In this document: piece by piece, positions 54,660 through 64,000 of the stretch
Position numbering within the stretch: the stretch's first letter is position 1
How the letters are laid out: the number at the start of each line of letters is the position of its first letter
From: Candidatus Saccharimonadota bacterium
GTDB lineage: Bacteria; Patescibacteriota; Saccharimonadia; Saccharimonadales; UBA4665
DNA: 64,000 bases
Direction of reading: 5' to 3'
Assembly: GCA_014377525.1 (NCBI GenBank)
Contig: JACMPL010000028.1
Location: 4,492-68,491 of the forward strand
Position numbers and translations under genes: made by a program
Notes under the pieces: generated by a model
Databases searched by the model: none
What the model saw: only the letters and a program-made list of their open reading frames with translations
What the model was told of the DNA's origin: nothing

Positions 54660-55940
54660 CTACAATCGATAGTCGCTGAACTGCGCACGTTTGATTTGTT
54701 GCCAGTACGGCGATTGCCGAACAAGATTTTGGGCATCGGCAGGGTCATTAAGTAACGGGCGAATCGCTTCCTCGGCAAAAACAGCGTTCTGTGAGCCTTT
54801 TGCCAAAATAACAGCTCCCGGTTTTATAATTGTTTTTAGGAATTCAGCAGCTTGGTACGGTGAGTCAGTCATGTGAACTAAACAGCCACTAGCTTGAGCA
54901 GCAGTTGCCAACCAATCATTTGCCATTTTACCAATAGTGACGATGCAGTCTACATACTTAGGATCACAATATGCGCCAACTGATTCATGCATCGTTTGGC
55001 TTGCTTTCCCCATCTCGTTCATCGAACCAAGCACAGCGATGCGCTGCGGCGCTTTAGCCGCATACAGCACGTCCAGCGCAGCCATAACAGCGACCGGACT
55101 CGAATTATAAGTATCATCGATAATAGTTGCGTTCTGTAATCCTTGTAAAATTCTCATTCGACCAGCGGCAGGCTGTAGGTTCTCGACAGATTTAGTCACC
55201 GCGCTAGTTGGTACACCAAGCATAGTAGCTATCGATACCGCGGCTGCGGCCGCTTTGGCTCCGGGTTTACCAGCTAAATTAATCTGGGCACGCACAACAC
55301 CCTGTGGTGTCTGGACGATAATGGCCTGCTTCCATTTAGCTGCGCTATCAATCAGTTCAATCCGGTAATCTGCGTTGCTGGTAAATCCATAGCCAGAGTG
55401 CGTTACGCCTACTAAGTATTCGGGTGCCATGTCATCGATGTTACAAAGCAAAGTCTTCGAGTAGCTAGTGACTGCTAATTCTTCGCGAGCAACCGCGTCG
55501 AGATCGCCAAAATATTCCATGTGTTCCGGCGTTATTGCCGTCAGCACGGTGATATCCGGCTGCACGTATGCAAACTGCTCCATTTGACCAGGACCATCGG
55601 TGCCAAGTTCAACAACTACGACATCGTAGTTGTACGGTCGGCGGAGAATCTGCTCATTGGTAACAATGATTTTAAGCCAAGCGAAAACATTAAAAATACT
55701 CGGCTCATTGCAACCGAAAAATACCAGCGGTACCGTCACCCGGTCGTTGTAATTACCGCGTTGCCAGCGAACTGTCTGGTGGGCGGCAAGCACCTCAGCT
55801 ATTGCTAATTTCGTTGATGTCTTGCCGACGCTACCGGCAACCGCCACAACCGTAAAATTATTACGTTTCCGAAGTCGTTTTACCTGAGCTTCCAATAAGC
55901 TCGTAAGCGCCGCTTTGCCAACGGATTTAATGGTCATCAT
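54660..55940 (-). CDS. murF: Mur ligase, MurF-like (UDP-MurNAc-tripeptide--D-Ala-D-Ala ligase)
   Basis: It has the P-loop VAVAGSVGKTSTK, GNYNDRVTVPL, VVELGTDGPG and ITPEHMEYFG. Confidence 0.7.
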   Translation of the reverse strand: MMTIKSVGKAALTSLLEAQVKRLRKRNNFTVVAVAGSVGKTSTKLAIAEVLAAHQTVRWQRGNYNDRVTVPLVFFGCNEPSIFNVFAWLKIIVTNEQILRRPYNYDVVVVELGTDGPGQMEQFAYVQPDITVLTAITPEHMEYFGDLDAVAREELAVTSYSKTLLCNIDDMAPEYLVGVTHSGYGFTSNADYRIELIDSAAKWKQAIIVQTPQGVVRAQINLAGKPGAKAAAAAVSIATMLGVPTSAVTKSVENLQPAAGRMRILQGLQNATIIDDTYNSSPVAVMAALDVLYAAKAPQRIAVLGSMNEMGKASQTMHESVGAYCDPKYVDCIVTIGKMANDWLATAAQASGCLVHMTDSPYQAAEFLKTIIKPGAVILAKGSQNAVFAEEAIRPLLNDPADAQNLVRQSPYWQQIKRAQFSDYRL

Positions 55941-55957
55941 AGCCCTATTGTACGGTA

Positions 55958-57877
55958 TTACTGAATGCGCGCATTGCTGCCCGTGCTTGGAGTTGGAGTT
56001 TTGGGCATGACACCGCGGTTGTTGGCAGCCGATTCGGCGGCATTTGCTTCGGCATTTGCGGCGGCCTCGGATTGGGCTACAATCGCCTGGTACAGGGCCA
56101 TAACTTGGGCGGCAGTATAACTGGCAACTGGTTTCTCAATAACAATTTTATTGTTGCCGGTCTTGATCGTGAAATCAGCTGCAATTTTGGTAGCGCTCGT
56201 GCCTGATCCAGCCAACCCAATAACATTAATCGTAGCGACATTCGTAACGCTGTCGAGGTCGACTTTTAATGCAAAGTTACCCTCCGCAAAAACACCGTTC
56301 AAAAAATACTTGAAGTTTTTATCACCGCGTTTGTAGTCGAATCCTGCCTCAATATATTTAGCAGCAGCACTACCATCCGAACTAGCCCGAGTTTTGTAAA
56401 TTGTCCGTGAGTTCAAATCCGCCCACACATCGACGTAATCAGTCGGCTTTATCTTATCAGATGAATCGGCTAGCTGCGTGAACGATTCGTCAACTTGCGT
56501 TTGGTAGTTATTCGCCATAATCCACGACTCTAACTTGCTTGCTTTGAGAGCATCTTTTTGAGCGGCGACGAATTTTTTGACGTTTTCTTTTACAAAGCCA
56601 ACTTTGTAGTGGTAGAGTTTATGGCCATCAATCGTTTCCATGCCGTACTTATGAAGAACAGTTGTTACAGCTTTGGTTTTATCGGTCGAAAATAGGTACT
56701 CTTTGTTAACGTTGCCGATGGCAGCGGCCTCGTCGTAAATTTGATCTTTGGTTGGCATAGCCGTCATTGGCGACATAGCTAACGGACTACTTTTCTGTAA
56801 GGAATCTATAAAACTATGGTCGACCGAAACCCACTTACCATTCAAAACGTCAATTTTTGCTCCAGCAGCACCCGAGCCAGTTAAGAGTGCGCCAAATCCG
56901 GTAATTCCGTCAGCCTTAACGTACAAATCAGGCGTGTCGCCAGTTGGCGCTTTGAGGACCCGAGTATCGAGGTTGACGCGGTTGCCCATGAAGCCAACAT
57001 CGAAAATAATTTCAGAATTATTCGCGTCACCCTTGAAATTAATTTTCCCATCCACGCTTACGTTGGTACTTTTGAACGAGTACGTACCGTCGACAGTCGC
57101 TGCTGTGGAAGCTGTCCCACTCGATTGCGACTTGGCATAATCAACTAGCGAACTATAGGCAACTCCAGAATTGGACAGTGCCTCCTTATAGAGCAAGCTG
57201 CTGTTAGTGTAAAAACCAAAATAGAATCCAAGTCCACCAATAATAAGAAGCAACACGATACCGATTGCAATTATTGCCAGCTTCGGTAACCGTTTAAATG
57301 GATTTTTCGATTTTTTAACCGGTGGCGCTACCGCTTCTGATTCGCCAGAACTTACAACCGCTGGAGCTACGGCTTCGACTTCTGTTGGCGTCGATAATTG
57401 ATTAGCTGTTGGCTGAATTATTTGTGGCTGTGCAGGCTGTGACAGCACGACATCTTGGGGTAGTAACACTGGGGTCGGCGTCGCAATCGGGTTTTGTTCC
57501 CATGATTCAGGCGCGTCAGGCACCGGCTTTTCCTCAGCGGGCACTGTCACGGGCGCTGGTTCGTCAGTCGACGCAGATTCGATGTTTGGGGCTGGTTCTG
57601 CGGCCGACACTAATTCGGTGGCTAGTTTTGGTTCTTCCGCAAAGGCTGGAAATGCCGGTGGAGCCGGTTCCGAATGTTCCTGCTCTGGCTCAGTTACCGA
57701 CGTTTCCTCTGGCTTTGGCTGCTCTGCTGGAACTGGTTGCTGATCGACTGGTTCAGATACTTCTACAAGTCGTTCTTGTGGTCGATCCTCCAAAGGCTGA
57801 ATCCGAATGCGCGGTGGCACGGCGGTACCACGTGACGGGTTTGGCTCATTTTCGTTTGGTTGTTGGTTCGGATCCAT
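55958..57877 (-). CDS. TM-anchored hypothetical protein with a Pro/Glu-rich N-terminal region
   Basis: About 190 aa of P/E/Q-rich cytoplasmic segment are followed by one TM helix (LAIIAIGIVLLLIIGGLGFYFGF) and an exterior domain of about 420 aa. Confidence 0.45.
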   Translation of the reverse strand: MDPNQQPNENEPNPSRGTAVPPRIRIQPLEDRPQERLVEVSEPVDQQPVPAEQPKPEETSVTEPEQEHSEPAPPAFPAFAEEPKLATELVSAAEPAPNIESASTDEPAPVTVPAEEKPVPDAPESWEQNPIATPTPVLLPQDVVLSQPAQPQIIQPTANQLSTPTEVEAVAPAVVSSGESEAVAPPVKKSKNPFKRLPKLAIIAIGIVLLLIIGGLGFYFGFYTNSSLLYKEALSNSGVAYSSLVDYAKSQSSGTASTAATVDGTYSFKSTNVSVDGKINFKGDANNSEIIFDVGFMGNRVNLDTRVLKAPTGDTPDLYVKADGITGFGALLTGSGAAGAKIDVLNGKWVSVDHSFIDSLQKSSPLAMSPMTAMPTKDQIYDEAAAIGNVNKEYLFSTDKTKAVTTVLHKYGMETIDGHKLYHYKVGFVKENVKKFVAAQKDALKASKLESWIMANNYQTQVDESFTQLADSSDKIKPTDYVDVWADLNSRTIYKTRASSDGSAAAKYIEAGFDYKRGDKNFKYFLNGVFAEGNFALKVDLDSVTNVATINVIGLAGSGTSATKIAADFTIKTGNNKIVIEKPVASYTAAQVMALYQAIVAQSEAAANAEANAAESAANNRGVMPKTPTPSTGSNARIQ

Positions 57878-58039
57878 TTAAACTCCTGCTACTGAATGCT
57901 TGCGCTTTGTTTACTGTACATGAGTTAGATTATACCGCTTATGTCAAGATCGTCCGCAATCGAAATTATTAACGCCCGTTATACCTTCGTCAGCGTGCTG
58001 AGATTATTCGTAGACTAAGGACAAATAAACCTTATTTTT

Positions 58040-58180
58040 ACCAAGGGATACAGGAATCGCTCCACTTCGTTGCGCTCTGCCGCTAGGGCGTGCTCGGAAC
58101 TAGTTCCTGCACGCGTCCTCGCTCTGCCAAACCCTTGGATTGCTGCGCGATTGGAGTTTGGTGACCACTGCGCTTAACCA
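58040..58180. ncRNA. Candidate structured RNA (unclassified)
   Basis: This non-coding stretch is locally GC-rich and has nested complementarity: CCAAGGG/CCCTTGG, AATCGC/GCGATT, and GCGTGC-TC-GGAAC-TA-GTTCC-T-GCACGC. It abuts a bidirectional terminator. Neither strand nor family could be assigned. Confidence 0.2.
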
Positions 58181-58182
58181 AG

Positions 58183-58216
58183 AAAAAAGGACCTAGCTTT
58201 GCTAGGTCCTTTTTTT
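58183..58216. terminator. Bidirectional intrinsic terminator A6-GGACCTAGC-TTT-GCTAGGTCC-T7
   Basis: It is a 9-bp GC-rich stem flanked by A- and T-runs, directly 3' of the tRNA on the minus strand. Confidence 0.65.
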
Positions 58217-58293
58217 TGGTGGAGATACAGGGACTCAAACCCTGGACCTCTGCCCTGCCAGGGCAGCGCTCTAATCAACTGAGCTATATCCCC
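58217..58293 (-). tRNA. tRNA-Ala (anticodon GGC), CCA encoded
   Basis: The hand-folded cloverleaf has acceptor GGGGATA/TATCTCC with G3:U70 and A73, anticodon loop CT-GGC-AG, and T-arm CAGGG/CCCTG. The D-loop reads AGTTGATTA (G18 A19) and the T-loop reads TTTGAGT (U56), which is an apparent G19:C56 to A19:U56 covariation. Confidence 0.9.
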
Positions 58294-58361
58294 ATGATTG
58301 ATTTTTGCATCTGGGTAAGTTTAACAAAATGCGCCGGCCTTGGGAAGGCTTGACTGTACAA

Positions 58362-61428
<3,067 letters not shown>

Positions 61429-61455
61429 GGTTCAAGTATACCTCGGAAGAATTAT

Positions 61456-62337
61456 TTAGGCGTGATTGGTCATTCCACGAAGTCGGGCTATTCGCTCTTC
61501 GATTGGCGGGTGGGTACTAAACAATTTCGTAATACCACTACCCTTGAGTGGATTCGCGAAAAATAGATGTGCGGTGGCAGTATTTTGTTTCTGCATCGGG
61601 CGACCGTAGGTAGCAATTTTTTCGAGTGCGCTTGCTAAACCTTCTGGGTATCTAGTCGTCAGCGCACCGGTTGCATCGGCCAAATATTCTCGCTGCCTGG
61701 AAACGGCCGACTGAATGATCGCCGCAATTATCGGGGCCACGATAGCCGCAATCAAACCAGCTACAAGCAAGAGTGGTCCACCGTTATTATTGTTGTTGTC
61801 ATTGCGGAAAAACGCCATGTGTAAAATAATATCGGCGATCAAAGATATAGCCGCCGTCAATGCAAAGGCGATCATACTGACGCGAATATCATAGTTTTTA
61901 ACATGGCCCAGTTCGTGCGCAAATACGCCCTCTAGCTCGGTATCGTTCATAATTTCCAAGATCCCACTGGTGGCGCAGACGGCGGCGTGCTTCGGGTCAC
62001 GGCCGGTAGCAAACGCGTTCGGTGACGGGTCGTCCATAATGAATACACGAGGCATCGGTATCCCATCGGTAATCGATAAGTTTTCGACGATGCGCCACAG
62101 CCGAGGGTTGTCTGACTTCTGAATTTCTCGGGCGCCGTTGACGGCTAAGCTCATGCGTGCGCCAGCGAAATAAGTAATAACGGTGTATATAGCCGCACCG
62201 ATTAAGCCACCATAAAATATGGTCAAGCTTCGCCCAAAATAAATGCCAACCAAGGCGACAAGTGCAGCAATGACTATAATAAATAGCAACATCACTATAA
62301 TTGACTTACGTTTGTTGGCAGCAATTTCGCTGTACAT
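61456..62337 (-). CDS. htpX: Zinc metalloprotease HtpX (M48)
   Basis: It has HELGHVKNYD and the HtpX TM topology. Confidence 0.9.
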   Translation of the reverse strand: MYSEIAANKRKSIIVMLLFIIVIAALVALVGIYFGRSLTIFYGGLIGAAIYTVITYFAGARMSLAVNGAREIQKSDNPRLWRIVENLSITDGIPMPRVFIMDDPSPNAFATGRDPKHAAVCATSGILEIMNDTELEGVFAHELGHVKNYDIRVSMIAFALTAAISLIADIILHMAFFRNDNNNNNGGPLLLVAGLIAAIVAPIIAAIIQSAVSRQREYLADATGALTTRYPEGLASALEKIATYGRPMQKQNTATAHLFFANPLKGSGITKLFSTHPPIEERIARLRGMTNHA

Positions 62338-62397
62338 GGAATTGGTTAACCTTTCAGAAAAAAATAATTTGTATAGAGGTTACGTCTGAGAACAGAC

Positions 62398-62964
62398 TTA
62401 GAATTGTACTGCGACTGGCTCTTGAACAGCGGCAGTTTGCGCATCGTCGAGTTCGAAGAAATCTTTATCTTTGCCAAATCCGACAAGGCCGGCAATAACA
62501 TTTGATGGAAAAACCGTACGCTTCGTGTTGAAGTCGCGGACAACCCCGTTGTAGAAGCGGCGCGACGCTTGAATTTTGTCTTCAGTATCGGTTAGCTCAG
62601 CTTGTAGTTCCAAAAAGTTTTGATTGGCCTTCAGGTCTGGGTATGCCTCAGCTACAGCGAACAAGCTCTTGAGCGTGTCTTGGAACTGGTTTTCTGCTTT
62701 GGCAGTAGCGGCAACGCCAGTAGCGTTGACGGTTTGAGCTCGGGCGGCAGTCACCTTCTCGAACACACCACTTTCGTGAGCGGCATAGCCTTTAACGGAA
62801 TTGACGAGGTTTGGAATCAAATCATACCGACGCTTCAGCTGAACCGTGATGTCGCTCCAAGCTTCTTGTGACTGTTGATTGAGCGTTACAAGCTTGTTGT
62901 ACACACTAACAACAACGATAACTAAAACTACTACTACGATGATTGCAATGAATACGATTGACAT
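62398..62964 (-). CDS. lemA: LemA family protein
   Basis: It has an N-terminal TM helix and YNKLVTLNQQSQEAWSDITVQLKRRYDLIPNLV. The start is placed at ATG 62964, which has AAGGAG upstream. Confidence 0.85.
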   Translation of the reverse strand: MSIVFIAIIVVVVLVIVVVSVYNKLVTLNQQSQEAWSDITVQLKRRYDLIPNLVNSVKGYAAHESGVFEKVTAARAQTVNATGVAATAKAENQFQDTLKSLFAVAEAYPDLKANQNFLELQAELTDTEDKIQASRRFYNGVVRDFNTKRTVFPSNVIAGLVGFGKDKDFFELDDAQTAAVQEPVAVQF

Positions 62965-63034
62965 GAATATCTCCTTTAATGAACTGTTGCAAGTATACAG
63001 CATCACCGAGTATTCGTGTATTATTAAAGTGCTT

Positions 63035-64000
63035 ATGGGACGTATACAAACATTAAAAAAACGCACAGCCAGGCCTGGTCGAAAATTCGGTTGGAAACTG
63101 ATTGCAACATTCTTGCTGATAGTTGCGGGCTACGCAGCGTGGACATTATTACGACCGATTCCGATGCTCCATCCAAGCCAAGCATACGCGCACTTAAGCT
63201 TAGCGACTCCAGCCGGATCGATTGCTTGGCCGGCAACTGGCCAAGCGGCTATCGCCCTCAGTACCGGCGCGGTTCTGGCAGTTAACGGCCAGCAAACCGC
63301 CGTACCGATTGCCAGTACCGCCAAAATTATTACCGCACTCAGCGTGCTGCAGCAGAAGCCCTTAAAACTCGGTGAGCAAGGCCCAACCTACACCGTAACT
63401 GCCGACGATGTCGCAAATTACAATAATTATATCGCCCAAAATGGGTCAGTCATCCCAGTTACGATCGGCGAGCAAATCACCGAATATCAAATGCTCCAAG
63501 CCCTACTGCTGCCCTCGGCTAATAATATCGGCGATACCCTGGCCAAGTGGGCGTTTGGGTCACTCAAAAACTATAGCGCGTTTGCCAACAATTATGCGCG
63601 GCACTTGGGCGCCACCAACACCACCATCGGTTCGGACGCTAGCGGCCTAGCCCCGGACACCGTCAGCAACGCCCATGATCTTGCGTTATTCGGCCAAGCC
63701 GCCATGCAGAATCCAGTATTAGAACAAATTGTTGGCCAAAAGTCCGCCAGCAATATACCCGGTGTCGGCACCATCCAAAACGTTAATTTCTTACTCGGAC
63801 GATCCGGTATCGTCGGTATCAAAACCGGCAACAGCGACGAAGCAGGCGGCGTCTTTCTTGGCGCATCAAGAGCGTCCGCCAATAATTCCACCGTCACCGT
63901 CATTACCGCTTACGTCGGCGCCAGAAACCTATACGATTCGCTGGCAAGCAGCGTAAAACTGATCGACTCCGCTAACGCGAATTTTGGAACCAGCGTACTC
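63035..64000 (+). CDS. D-alanyl-D-alanine carboxypeptidase (S11, PBP5/DacB-like), 3' end outside the window
   Basis: This ORF is absent from the ORF track because it has no stop within the window. Hand translation from ATG 63035 gives a TM anchor, then SxxK (IASTAKII), SxN (LPSANN) and KTG (GIKTGNS). Confidence 0.85.
   Translation, partial: MGRIQTLKKRTARPGRKFGWKLIATFLLIVAGYAAWTLLRPIPMLHPSQAYAHLSLATPAGSIAWPATGQAAIALSTGAVLAVNGQQTAVPIASTAKIITALSVLQQKPLKLGEQGPTYTVTADDVANYNNYIAQNGSVIPVTIGEQITEYQMLQALLLPSANNIGDTLAKWAFGSLKNYSAFANNYARHLGATNTTIGSDASGLAPDTVSNAHDLALFGQAAMQNPVLEQIVGQKSASNIPGVGTIQNVNFLLGRSGIVGIKTGNSDEAGGVFLGASRASANNSTVTVITAYVGARNLYDSLASSVKLIDSANANFGTSVL

Noticed and set aside
58040-58180. 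SRP (4.5S) RNA identity for the structured spacer, prompted by CAGG and GAGCA strings on the minus strand.
   Set aside because: The apical loop would be CUAG or UA rather than GNAR. The flanking segments pair almost perfectly instead of forming the conserved symmetric and asymmetric loops. It remains an unclassified candidate.

Overview
The window is about 90% coding and looks like a reduced genome of the Patescibacteria/CPR type, probably Saccharibacteria. That placement is an inference from gene content, mainly a DTS-motif type-1 rhodopsin with no retinal pathway nearby, many TM-anchored hypothetical surface proteins, and compact overlapping operons. All calls rest on motif recognition in the supplied ORF translations and on hand translation of gaps, with no database search.

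Gene content, left to right:
- 1-7.8 kb: ugd (5' partial), a glutamic-peptidase (G1)-like secreted protein, divergent NDH-2 and FAD-linked oxidase, the rhodopsin, and a Crp/Fnr regulator.
- 7.8-10.5 kb: a membrane-anchored Clp/Hsp100-like AAA+ protein with degenerate motifs, coupled to a small membrane protein.
- 10.7-17.6 kb: a transaldolase with an in-frame TAA, a GH10 xylanase, an NRAMP-like transporter and Kup.
- 18-22 kb: a pilin-like pair, CsoR with a palindromic operator and a SHOCT protein, a PIG-L deacetylase, and a glycerophosphodiesterase.
- 22.7-26.2 kb: a gene-poor, AT-rich decayed stretch around two alpha/beta hydrolases.
- 27.3-32.6 kb: an operon of GT2, GtrA, a polytopic membrane domain fused to PIG-L, a PGPGW protein and a DUF475 protein.
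- 32.8-35.3 kb: a DEAD-box helicase, then two clear pseudogenes (OmpR-type response regulator and SGNH hydrolase).
- 35.3-43.5 kb: a seven-gene, same-strand surface-protein cluster that resembles Gram-positive Csc/WxL clusters.
- 44-47 kb: MarR with an MFS transporter, and Ni-superoxide dismutase sodN with its protease sodX.
- 47.9-64 kb: a housekeeping block of trmD, KH protein, rpsP, rnc, NUDIX, nusB, rpmF, leuS, murF, tRNA-Ala(GGC), ligA, htpX, lemA, and a 3'-partial D-Ala-D-Ala carboxypeptidase.

I found no CRISPR array, rRNA gene or recognisable mobile element.

The best candidates for undescribed biology are:
- the Csc/WxL-like surface cluster;
- the glycosylation operon with a probably extracytoplasmic PIG-L domain;
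- the pore-loop-less membrane AAA+ pair.
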